From: Gemmatimonadota bacterium
GTDB lineage: Bacteria; Gemmatimonadota; Gemmatimonadetes; Gemmatimonadales; GWC2-71-9
Reading direction: 5' to 3'
DNA length: 64,000 nt
Assembly: GCA_003251175.1 (NCBI GenBank)
Contig: QKHC01000030.1
Span: 5,228-69,227 of the forward strand
The stretch's first letter is position 1; each line of letters opens with the position of its first letter. The translations under genes and the position numbers were made by a program. This document shows, one piece after another, positions 53,785 through 62,412 of this stretch. The notes under the pieces are model-generated. The model ran no database searches and was not told where the DNA came from. It saw only the letters and a list, made by a program, of their open reading frames with translations.

Positions 53785-55012
53785 CGGTCGTCCCCGGATA
53801 GTAGGTCGCGAGAATCCGTACGTGATCCTGCCCCGCGCGGGCCCGCCCGATGGCCCCCCACTGGCACATCCCCACGCCGTGCCCCGACCCCGCCCCGGCG
53901 GCAGCGACGCGGGTCACCGCGCCGTTGGCCCGGGACACGTGCAACTGGAACGCGGCGCTCCACAACGGCCGGTCCCCCACGCGCATCACTTCTCGCACCG
54001 CGATCCCCGGCACCCGGATGGCCCCACCGGCGATGTCCACCCGCAGCTCGCCGACGCGTCCCGATTCCGTGGTCCGCGCCACGGTGAGGTCCTGCAGCCG
54101 CGGCAGTCCGGCGGCCGGCAGATCGGTGTACGGCGCGAGAGTCCGCGACAATATAGCGCGCAGCGTTGGCTCGTCCCACTCCTCGCGCCAGCGAAAGCGT
54201 GGCGATTGGTCACAGTAGTACCGGCCACCGCCTGCAGCGTCCGAGACCGACCGGAGGTAGGGGCGCCGGCCCACGGTGCGGAACGCCTCCTCGGCGCTCG
54301 CCGTCCGGTACCCGCAGGTGGAATGGTAGAACGCATCGATCGGCTCGCCGTGGTATCGCACGACGCGACCGGCGGTGTGGCGCACCGCCGCCCAGACGAG
54401 CGGCGTTTCCCCCCCGACGCCGGTGTACACCTGGTCCCGCACGTCCGCGTGCGCATCGAAGCCGAGGGTCCCCCACCGCCCCCGATTGCGCACCGCGTAG
54501 GTGCGCGACACGATCGCCTGCGCGTACACCGCTTCGCGCTCCTCGTCCCGGCGCGGCCCGATCTCGTGACCCACCACGCCCGCCAGGTAGCTTTCGAGCG
54601 GCAGGTGATTCACCACTGTCACGCCGACAACGTCGCGGTACAGAGAAGCACGACCCCGGTAGCGCCGGCCGCCAACCGCGAGAAAGCGTCCCTCGCTGAG
54701 ATTTACGGCCACGACGCGCCCCAGGCGCGGCGACCGCGATCCACCGGGCCGCACCACGCGGAGGCCGCCCGTGTCGGGCACCACCCACCACCGCTCGCCC
54801 GCCGGGATCGATCCGATCGGTGCGCCCCGCTCGTCGTCGGTCAGCAGCAGCTCCCCGTCCCCCCCGATGGAGACGCTGTCGCGTCCGACGGCGAGCCCAA
54901 TGCGCATCTCGGGCTCGGCGGCGAGCGGCGGCGTCGGAGCCGCGCGAGGACAGGCGGTCAGCGCCGCGGCGGTGACGACGGGGAGGAAGCGGACGAGGCG
55001 ACGCAGCCTCAC
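53768..55012 (-). CDS. SpoIID/LytB-domain lipoprotein
   Basis: 'VVTAAALTAC' lipobox. 'AQAIVSRTYA', 'YHSTCGYRTASAEE', 'GHGVGMCQWGA' are SpoIID patterns. The GTG overlaps the rimO stop (GTGA). Confidence 0.75.
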   Translation of the reverse strand: MRLRRLVRFLPVVTAAALTACPRAAPTPPLAAEPEMRIGLAVGRDSVSIGGDGELLLTDDERGAPIGSIPAGERWWVVPDTGGLRVVRPGGSRSPRLGRVVAVNLSEGRFLAVGGRRYRGRASLYRDVVGVTVVNHLPLESYLAGVVGHEIGPRRDEEREAVYAQAIVSRTYAVRNRGRWGTLGFDAHADVRDQVYTGVGGETPLVWAAVRHTAGRVVRYHGEPIDAFYHSTCGYRTASAEEAFRTVGRRPYLRSVSDAAGGGRYYCDQSPRFRWREEWDEPTLRAILSRTLAPYTDLPAAGLPRLQDLTVARTTESGRVGELRVDIAGGAIRVPGIAVREVMRVGDRPLWSAAFQLHVSRANGAVTRVAAAGAGSGHGVGMCQWGAIGRARAGQDHVRILATYYPGTTVDRIY

Positions 55013-56334
55013 GCCAGCGCCACGGCGCGAAAGTCGTAGTCCTCCGCTTCCGTGATGCGCACGTCGAGGAACGTCCCGGGCCGGGCCCAGCCGCCGCCCG
55101 CGACGTAGGTCACTCCGTCCACGTCGTCGGCCTGCCAGGGGAGGCGCGCCACGTGCGTTGCACCCACCTGCGATGCATCGCTGGGATCGCTCACCGCGTC
55201 CACCAGTGCACGGGCGTCTCGACCCACGAAGCGGGCCAGCCGCTCCGCCGAGATGGCGCGCTGCACCTCGAGCAGCTCCTCGAGGCGCTCGCGCTTGACG
55301 GCCTCCGGCACGTCGTCGGCAAGCTTGGCGGCACGGGTGCCATCCTGCGCCGAGTACGCAAACGCGCCGACACGGTCGAACTGCGCTTCCTCGAGAAAGT
55401 CGAGCAAGGTCCGAAAATCGGCGTCGGTCTCGCCCGGAAATCCGACCAGGCAGGTCGTGCGCAGCGCGAGATCCGGCACGGTGGCGCGTAGCCACGCGAT
55501 CTTGGCCCGCAGCGTCGCTTGGCGCTCAGGCCGGCGCATGCGCTCCAGCACGCCGTCAGCGGCATGCTGGATGGGGATATCGAGATACGGAACGAGGCGC
55601 GGCTCCCGGGCTATCAACGTCACCAGGCGCTCCGTGAGCCCGGCGGAGTAGACGTACAGCAGCCGGTACCACGGCACCGACGTTTCGCGCAGCAGCGCCT
55701 CGAGCAGGTCGGGCAGCTTCGGGCCGCCGAGGCCCAGGTCGCGTCCCCAGTGCCCCAGGTCCTGCGCCACGAGGTTGATTTCCTGCGCCCCCTGTGCCTC
55801 GAGTTGCTGCGCTTCCCGCAGCAGGCGATCGAGGGGCTCGGAGCGGTGGCGTCCCCGCATCAGCGGGATGGCACAGAAGGCGCACGTATGATCGCAACCT
55901 TCCGAGATCTTGAGGTAGCGCACATGGGGCGAGGCGCCCAGGAACTGGCGCACCCCAGGGTGTGCCGCCACCGGGTCTTCGAGCAGGCCCCGCGCCGCCA
56001 GCGTGGGCACGAGGCGATGCAGATCGGAGAACCCCAGATACAGATCGACCTCGGGCATCTCGCGCTGCAGCTCGGCGCGGTAGCGCTCGACCAGGCAGCC
56101 CACCGCGACCACCGCCTTGACCTCGCCGGCGGCCTTCAGCTTGGCGGCGGCGAGAATGGCGTCGATCGATTCTTGTTTGGCGGCGTCGATGAACCCGCAC
56201 GTGTTCACGAGAATGACGTCGGCCCCGGGAAGGTCGGGAGTGACCACCGCGCCGTGTCCCACCAGCTGGCCGACCAGCCGTTCGGAATCCACGGTCGCTT
56301 TGTCGCAGCCGAGCGAGACGACGCCGAGCTTCAC
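55009..56334 (-). CDS. rimO: Ribosomal protein S12 methylthiotransferase RimO (radical SAM + TRAM)
   Basis: 'VSLGCDKATVDSE', 'VNTCGFID', 'EGCDHTCAFCAIP', and a C-terminal TRAM. The GTG overlaps the yajQ stop (GTGA). Confidence 0.85.
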   Translation of the reverse strand: MKLGVVSLGCDKATVDSERLVGQLVGHGAVVTPDLPGADVILVNTCGFIDAAKQESIDAILAAAKLKAAGEVKAVVAVGCLVERYRAELQREMPEVDLYLGFSDLHRLVPTLAARGLLEDPVAAHPGVRQFLGASPHVRYLKISEGCDHTCAFCAIPLMRGRHRSEPLDRLLREAQQLEAQGAQEINLVAQDLGHWGRDLGLGGPKLPDLLEALLRETSVPWYRLLYVYSAGLTERLVTLIAREPRLVPYLDIPIQHAADGVLERMRRPERQATLRAKIAWLRATVPDLALRTTCLVGFPGETDADFRTLLDFLEEAQFDRVGAFAYSAQDGTRAAKLADDVPEAVKRERLEELLEVQRAISAERLARFVGRDARALVDAVSDPSDASQVGATHVARLPWQADDVDGVTYVAGGGWARPGTFLDVRITEAEDYDFRAVALA

Positions 56335-56834
56335 CCGCGGTAGTTCCCGAACTGCAGCTCGATCCCCCACTCCTGCCCCCGCAGAAACGCCATCACGCTC
56401 TGCAGTTCGTCTTTCGACGGCGATTGAACCCGGATCTCGTCGCCCTGGATGGCGGCCTGGACCTTCTTGAACTTGCGGTCCTTGATCGCCTTGACGATCG
56501 CCTTGGCGGTGTCGGACGGGATACCCTGCGTGAGCGTGATGACGCGTCGCACCGTGTCGTTCGCGGCCGGCATCACGGCCCCGAGGTCGAGGTTCTTCAC
56601 CGGGACGCCACGCTTGATCAGTTTGGCCTGCAGCACATCGAACAGCGCCTTCATCTTGAAGTCATCGTCGGCGATGAGCGTGACGCTCGCACCGCTCCGG
56701 TCGAAGCTGATCGCGGCCTTGGATCCCTTGAAGTCGTAGCGCTGCGCCACTTCCTTGGTGGCCTGGTTCACCGCGTTGTCGACTTCCTGAAGATCACAGC
56801 CCGTGGAGACATCGAAGGAGGCGAGACTGGCCAT
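56331..56834 (-). CDS. yajQ: YajQ-family nucleotide / c-di-GMP-binding protein
   Basis: 'SFDVSTGCDLQEVDNAVNQATKEVAQRYDFKG...' aligns from the ATG at 56834 with the YajQ N-terminus (MPSFDIVSEVD...). Confidence 0.85.
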   Translation of the reverse strand: MASLASFDVSTGCDLQEVDNAVNQATKEVAQRYDFKGSKAAISFDRSGASVTLIADDDFKMKALFDVLQAKLIKRGVPVKNLDLGAVMPAANDTVRRVITLTQGIPSDTAKAIVKAIKDRKFKKVQAAIQGDEIRVQSPSKDELQSVMAFLRGQEWGIELQFGNYRG

Positions 56835-56922
56835 GACGGCCAATATAGAGGGGAGAAGGCAGCGGCGAGAGGTTCGCTCCACGCACGGAGTGGACCTCTT
56901 CCGTCTCCCTGCTCCCCGTTGC

Positions 56923-57780
56923 TTAGAAGAGGAAACTCTCCAGCGCCCGCGCGCGTGACACGTGGCGCAGCCGGGCCAGCGCCTTTTCCTTGATCTGGCG
57001 CACGCGTTCGCGGGTGATGCCCAGCTCGGTGCCGATCTCCTCGAGGGTCTTCGGGTCCTGGCCGTCGAGTCCGAAATACAGGCGCAGGATCTTCGCTTCC
57101 CGGTCCTTGAGGGTTCGGAGCACTTCCTCGATCGACTCGGTGAGCGCGTGTTCGAAGATCTCGTCGTCGGGACCGGGCCGGTTGTTGTCGGGGAGGTAGT
57201 CGAGGAGCTTGTTGTCCTCGCCCGGCGTCAGCGGCGCGTCGAGCGACAGGTGCCCCTGGGAAATCGAGAGCGTCTTGGCCACTTCCTCTTCGGAGATATC
57301 CATGCCCTCGGCGATCTCCCCGACGGTGGGCTCACGCCCCAGCTCCTGGAGCAGCGCCGATGAACGCTTCCCGATGCGGTGCAGCGTGCCGGCCCGGTTC
57401 AGCGGGACACGGACGATGCGCGATTGCTCCGCCAGCGCCTGGAGGATCGCCTGGCGGATCCACCAGACGGCGTAGGAAATGAACTTGATGCCCTTGGTCT
57501 CATCGAACTTGTGTGCCGCACGGATCAGTCCGAGGTTGCCCTCGTTGATGAGGTCCGACAGGGATACGCCCTGGTTCTGGTACTTCTTGGCGACCGAGAC
57601 CACGAACCGCAGGTTGGACCGCACCAGCTTGTCCAGCGCCTCGGCGTCGGCCTGGCGAATCCGCTGCGCCAGCACCACCTCTTCCTCGCGGGTGATGAGA
57701 GGATACTGGCTGATCTCCCGCAGGTACTGATCGAGCGAGCCTTCGTCGGACGAAACGCGCTTGGCCGTGTTGGCACGCAT
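56923..57780 (-). CDS. Sigma-70-family (group 1/2-like) RNA polymerase sigma factor lacking region 1.1 (~285 aa)
   Basis: It starts essentially at region 1.2 ('LDQYLREISQYPLITREEE'). Region 2 is 'LRFVVSVAKKY...LINEGNLGLIRAAHKFD...FISYAVWWIRQAI'. Region 4.2 is 'LEEIGTELGITRERVRQIKEKAL'. Confidence 0.85.
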   Translation of the reverse strand: MRANTAKRVSSDEGSLDQYLREISQYPLITREEEVVLAQRIRQADAEALDKLVRSNLRFVVSVAKKYQNQGVSLSDLINEGNLGLIRAAHKFDETKGIKFISYAVWWIRQAILQALAEQSRIVRVPLNRAGTLHRIGKRSSALLQELGREPTVGEIAEGMDISEEEVAKTLSISQGHLSLDAPLTPGEDNKLLDYLPDNNRPGPDDEIFEHALTESIEEVLRTLKDREAKILRLYFGLDGQDPKTLEEIGTELGITRERVRQIKEKALARLRHVSRARALESFLF

Positions 57781-57873
57781 GGGACAGTCACCCCTCCGGG
57801 GCAGGTACGACGTCGGACGTGATCTCACGGATCGGGGTCGACGGCCCCCGTCCGGGCGCAACGTGCGCGGCGC

Positions 57874-58647
57874 TCACCGAATGATCGACCCGAGCCGTCC
57901 CCACCGGATGTCGGTGAGCCAGGACAGCGGGTCGCCGGTATCCCGATCGTAGCTGAAGTATACGACCAGCGGCCGGCCCTTCACGGCCGACCGCTCCACG
58001 AAGCCCCAGTAACGGGAATCCGCTGAGTTGTCACGGTTGTCGCCCAGCACGAAGTAGCGGTGGGACGGCACCACCAGCGGCCCCCACGTGTCGCGGCTGG
58101 GGTGATAGCGCCGTCGCGCCTCAGGCGAGCGGTCGACCAGGTACTGCCGCTGCCATGCAAACTGCGGATCGACCGCGTCATGCTCCGGATCCGTGCGTTG
58201 AGCGTACGGTTCGGAGATCGCCTGCCCGTTCACCAGCACCAGGCCGGCCACCATGGCCACGGTGTCGCCGGGCATGCCGATCACGCGCTTCACGTAGTTC
58301 AACACGGGATCCTTGGGATACGCGAATACGATGACGTCGCCGTGCGCCGGGGTACCGAAGGCCGGAAGCCGCGCCCCGGTCCCCGGAATCTGCGCACCGT
58401 ACACCGCCTTGTTGACGAAGAGGAAATCGCCTGCCAGCAGCGTGCGCTCCATGCTGCCGGAGGGAATCTGGAACGCCTCGACGAGAAAGGTGCGGACGAT
58501 GAGAAACAGCACGAACGCCATCCCCAGCGACCGCATCCAGCTGTCGAACCACCGCGCTATGCGGGTGCGCGTCGAAACGGGAGGCGCCGGGGGCGAGGCC
58601 GCGTGTGCCGCGCCCCGACGCCCCACCGGAGGCTCCAAGTCATGCAT
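57874..58647 (-). CDS. lepB: Signal peptidase I
   Basis: 'IPSGSMERTLLAGDFLFVNK' and 'GDNRDNSADSRYWGFV'. The ATG at 58647 was chosen; a TTG lies at 58683. Confidence 0.85.
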   Translation of the reverse strand: MHDLEPPVGRRGAAHAASPPAPPVSTRTRIARWFDSWMRSLGMAFVLFLIVRTFLVEAFQIPSGSMERTLLAGDFLFVNKAVYGAQIPGTGARLPAFGTPAHGDVIVFAYPKDPVLNYVKRVIGMPGDTVAMVAGLVLVNGQAISEPYAQRTDPEHDAVDPQFAWQRQYLVDRSPEARRRYHPSRDTWGPLVVPSHRYFVLGDNRDNSADSRYWGFVERSAVKGRPLVVYFSYDRDTGDPLSWLTDIRWGRLGSIIR

Positions 58648-58657
58648 GCGGGGTACC

Positions 58658-58903
58658 TTAGCGAAGGGAACCCGCCGGCGCAACGGTCACCCCCCACCCC
58701 TGGGCTGCCCCCCACCGCCGCAGTCGGGCGCGCAACTCGACCGGCTGCTCACGGTGACGCACGCGCGCCGCGAGGCAGGCCGCCGCACCCTCGCACTCCA
58801 GTCGCTGCCAGGTCACCTCCACACCAGTCACGGAGCTCAGCGACGCATCGTCCACCGGAGATCCTCCGGCCGAGAGAATGATCACCAGTGACTCGTAGAC
58901 CAT
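58658..58903 (-). CDS. Hypothetical 81-aa protein (weak call)
   Basis: It is the only ORF filling the 58684-58995 gap. High third-position G+C by eye. No motif recognised. Confidence 0.25.
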   Translation of the reverse strand: MVYESLVIILSAGGSPVDDASLSSVTGVEVTWQRLECEGAAACLAARVRHREQPVELRARLRRWGAAQGWGVTVAPAGSLR

Positions 58904-58995
58904 GGCCCACGTTACCGCGCTCGCGACGCGGCGCGTCATCGGAACCTGCGCGGACCAGGCGCGAAAAACGCGCGCCGCCATCTCCCATCGACCAT

Positions 58996-60489
58996 CTATT
59001 CCCCGTACGTGTCGATCTGCGCGCGCTGCAACGTTCCCGAGTAGTCGACGTAGACGACCTTGGTCTCCGAGTAGAAGTCGTACACCTCCCACCCACCCTC
59101 GCGATGCCCGTTACCCGTCTGCTTCACGCCACCGAACGGCAGATGCGCCTCGGCACCGATGGTCGGCGCATTGATGTAGGTGATCCCGTTGTCGAGATCG
59201 GTCATCGCGCGGAAAGCCGCGTTCACGTCCCGCGTGTAGAGCGAGCTCGACAGACCATAACGGACGTCGTTGTTCACGCGGATCGCATCGTCGAGATCCT
59301 GCACACGAATGACCGACAGCGCCGGGCCGAAGATCTCCTCCTGCTCGACGCGCATCCCGGGCCTCACCCCGGCGAACACCGTCGGCTCGTAGAACCACCC
59401 CCGCTCGAGCGCCCCCCCAACCGGCCGTGAACCGCCGATCGCCACCGTTGCCCCCTCTTCCCGGGCGATCCCCACGTACTCCTCGACCTTTGTCCTCGCC
59501 TCTTCGTGAATCAGCGGGCCGACCTCCGTCGCCGCATCCAGCCCCGCCCCCAGCCGCAGCGCGGCGGCCCGGTCGCAGACCATCTGCAGAAAGCGGTCGT
59601 GCACCCCCGCCTGGACGATGAGACGGCTGGTAGCGGTACAGCGCTGACCGGTGGTGCCGAACGCGCCCCACAAGACCCCCTCCAGCGCCAGATCGAGATC
59701 GGCGTCGTCCATCACGATCATCGCATTCTTGCCACCCATCTCGAGGGACAGGCGCTTGTGCAGGCGCCCGCAGGTCTCACCGATCCGCGAACCGGTCTCG
59801 GTCGAGCCCGTGAACGAGATGATGGGCACGTCGGGATGCTCGACCATCGCGCGCCCGACGACCGATCCCTGACCGTGCACCAGCTGCACGACGTCCGGAG
59901 GGAGCCCGGCCTCGAGGAGGACTTCCACCAGCAGGTGCACCGAATGAGGCACGTCCTCGGCCGGTTTGAGGATCACGGCATTCCCACAGAGCAGCGCCGG
60001 GAACGTCTTCCAGGTCGGAATCGCGAGCGGGAAGTTGAATGGCGTGATCAGCCCGGCGATCCCGATCGGCCGCCGAAACGACATCGCCCACTTGTTGCGC
60101 AGCTCGGAGGGGACCACCCGTCCGAACAAGCGCCGGCCCTCGGTGGCGGCATAGAACGCGGTATCGATCCCCTCCTGCACGTCGCCCCGCGTCTCGGCGA
60201 GCACCTTTCCCATCTCGCGGGTCATCGCCCGCGCGATCTCTTCCTTCCGCTGAACGAGCAGTTCGCCGACCCGCTGCAGCACCTGTCCGCGCAGCGGCGC
60301 CGGGGTGCGCGACCAGCGCGCAAAGCCACGCTGCGCCGACGCGATCGCCCGCTCCAGATCGTCGCGTCCCGAGCGTGGAAATCTCCCGATCAGGTCATTC
60401 CAGTCGGCCGGATTGCGGTTCTCGAAGTAATCGCCCGTCGATGGGGCGGTCCATTCACCGTCAATGAAGTTCTTGAACGTCGCGGTCAT
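58996..60489 (-). CDS. NAD(P)-dependent aldehyde dehydrogenase
   Basis: 'FTGSTETG', 'LEMGGKN', 'GQRCTA', 'EEIFGP' are ALDH catalytic and consensus motifs. Confidence 0.9.
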   Translation of the reverse strand: MTATFKNFIDGEWTAPSTGDYFENRNPADWNDLIGRFPRSGRDDLERAIASAQRGFARWSRTPAPLRGQVLQRVGELLVQRKEEIARAMTREMGKVLAETRGDVQEGIDTAFYAATEGRRLFGRVVPSELRNKWAMSFRRPIGIAGLITPFNFPLAIPTWKTFPALLCGNAVILKPAEDVPHSVHLLVEVLLEAGLPPDVVQLVHGQGSVVGRAMVEHPDVPIISFTGSTETGSRIGETCGRLHKRLSLEMGGKNAMIVMDDADLDLALEGVLWGAFGTTGQRCTATSRLIVQAGVHDRFLQMVCDRAAALRLGAGLDAATEVGPLIHEEARTKVEEYVGIAREEGATVAIGGSRPVGGALERGWFYEPTVFAGVRPGMRVEQEEIFGPALSVIRVQDLDDAIRVNNDVRYGLSSSLYTRDVNAAFRAMTDLDNGITYINAPTIGAEAHLPFGGVKQTGNGHREGGWEVYDFYSETKVVYVDYSGTLQRAQIDTYGE

Positions 60490-60598
60490 GGGTCACTGTG
60501 AGTTGTGGAGTGTCGAGTGTCGTGCGTGGCGGGCGGTGAGCTGGCCCGCGGTGCGCGGACACCGTCGTGCCATCGGATCGTCCAACTCCCCGCTCCCG

Positions 60599-61036
60599 TC
60601 ATTCACAGAACCAGGTCGCCGGCGTCTTGGTGTACCCGGCCCGCGGGACGACGACCGTCGCGGCGAGCGCGAGTCCCCAGATGACGGCCGCGAGCGAAAG
60701 GAGGTGGGCGGTGGCGACGCGCCGTTGCCACGAGGCGATCGCGCCCCAGACTCCCGCGAGCACCACCATCGCAATGCCGCCGGCGTAGTACGCGAGCTGC
60801 AACCCGCAGGCGTGCCCGTAGGGCCAGATGGTCATCCCGACGGCCAGCGCGACCGCCAGTCCCACGCGCACCCAGGTGCCGAACCCCCCGCCGGCGGCTG
60901 CCGCCGCCCCCCCTGCGACCGGCCGGGCGGGGGCGCCCCGCCCGAGCGTGGGATCGGCATTGGGGAGCTTCGCCAGAAGCCGGTCCACCTCCGCCAGCTC
61001 CCGGTCCCAGTCCCGCGACTGCTCTTTGTCTGCCAT
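60599..61036 (-). CDS. Hypothetical membrane protein (3 predicted TM helices)
   Basis: The ATG shares 1 nt with the stop of the sigma-54 activator gene (TGATG). It has a charged N-terminus and a hydrophobic C-terminal half. Confidence 0.4.
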   Translation of the reverse strand: MADKEQSRDWDRELAEVDRLLAKLPNADPTLGRGAPARPVAGGAAAAAGGGFGTWVRVGLAVALAVGMTIWPYGHACGLQLAYYAGGIAMVVLAGVWGAIASWQRRVATAHLLSLAAVIWGLALAATVVVPRAGYTKTPATWFCE

Positions 61037-62412
61037 CAATGCTCCCGCGTGAGTCCGTACCGCTCGATCTTCTTGTAGAGGTTACTGCGCGGCATCTCCA
61101 GGGTCCGCGCTGTCTCGGACACGTTCCAGTCGTGCTCCCGCAGCCGTGCCGCGAGGAACGCCCGCTCGGCCGACAGCTTGAATTCCTCGAAGGTCCGCGC
61201 CGCGAGCCATCCGGGCCGCTCGCCCGACTCCCCGCCCGGGCCGCGGACCCCAGCGCCCACGACCCGCTCAACGTCCGCCGCCGTGACGCTGGGCCCCGGA
61301 GTGAGGATCAGCAACCGCTCCACCGCGTTGCGCAGCTCTCGGACATTGCCCGGCCAGTCCCGCGCCGCGAGCCACTCGAGCGCCGCCGCCTCGAACGGCT
61401 TGGGCGGCATCCCTCCCCGCCGTACGAGATCGTCCTGGAAATGTGCCACCAGCTGCGGCACGTCGCCGCGGCGGGCGCTCAGCGGGGGTACCTCGATGGG
61501 CACGACGTTGAGCCGGTAGAGCAGATCTTCGCGGAACCGTCCGGCCGCAATCTCCGCCGCCAGGTCCTTGTTCGTGGCGGCGATCACCCGCACGTCCACC
61601 CGGCGCTGCTCCCCGGAGCCGATGCGGGAGATCACACCCTCCTGCAGCGCCCGAAGCACCTTGGCCTGCGCCGACAGACTCATGTCGCCCACTTCGTCGA
61701 GAAACAGCGTCCCGCCGTCGGCCAGCTCGAACTTTCCCGGGCGATCGCCCACGGCACCGGTGAAGCTGCCTTTGACGTGCCCGAACAGCTCGCTCTCGAT
61801 CAGCTCGGCGGGAATCGCGGCACAGTTCACTTCCACGAACGGACCGGTGGCGCGAGGGGAGAGGACGTGGATGGCCCGCGCCACCAGCTCCTTGCCCGTC
61901 CCGTTCTCCCCGGTGATCAGCACCCGCGCCGGGGTGGGTGCCACCTTCTCGATGCGCTCCAGCAGCTCCCGCACCGCGCGACTCGACCCCACGATGCGAT
62001 GGTGCGACTCGACCTCGGCCTTGAGGCGGTCGACCTGACTGGCCAGCGCGGCATGCCGGATCGCGTTCCGGAGGGTGAGCAGTACGCGATCGGTGTCGAG
62101 CGGCTTTTCGAGAAAATCGTAGGCGCCGCCCTGCGTCGCCTCCACGGCCGTCTGGATGGTCCCGTGACCGGAGATCATCACGACCAGGGCTGCGGGATCC
62201 AGCTCGCGCACACGTCGCAACGTTTCCAAACCGTCCATGCCCTGCATCTTCACATCGAGGAACATGATGTGCGGACGGAACTGCGGATACACCTTGAGCG
62301 CTTCCCCACCCGACGTCGCGACCCGCACTTCCATTTCCTCGTACTCGAGGAGCTGCCGCAGCGCCTCGCGCACGCCCTTCTCATCGTCCACGATCAACAC
62401 CCGACGCTTCAT
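61036..62412 (-). CDS. Sigma-54-dependent response regulator (REC + AAA+ + Fis-type HTH; NtrC family)
   Basis: 'VLIVDDE...MFLDVKM' receiver. 'ITGENGTGKE' Walker A. 'GSFTGA' sigma-54 contact loop. C-terminal 'NVSETARTLEMPRSNLYKKI'. Confidence 0.9.
   Translation of the reverse strand: MKRRVLIVDDEKGVREALRQLLEYEEMEVRVATSGGEALKVYPQFRPHIMFLDVKMQGMDGLETLRRVRELDPAALVVMISGHGTIQTAVEATQGGAYDFLEKPLDTDRVLLTLRNAIRHAALASQVDRLKAEVESHHRIVGSSRAVRELLERIEKVAPTPARVLITGENGTGKELVARAIHVLSPRATGPFVEVNCAAIPAELIESELFGHVKGSFTGAVGDRPGKFELADGGTLFLDEVGDMSLSAQAKVLRALQEGVISRIGSGEQRRVDVRVIAATNKDLAAEIAAGRFREDLLYRLNVVPIEVPPLSARRGDVPQLVAHFQDDLVRRGGMPPKPFEAAALEWLAARDWPGNVRELRNAVERLLILTPGPSVTAADVERVVGAGVRGPGGESGERPGWLAARTFEEFKLSAERAFLAARLREHDWNVSETARTLEMPRSNLYKKIERYGLTREH

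Noticed and set aside
54148-54156. A third copy of CTATATTG (minus strand), which could be an internal promoter.
   Set aside because: It lies within the SpoIID-like coding sequence (it encodes R-A-I-L-S) ~370 nt from the next start. I treat it as chance unless start-site data say otherwise.
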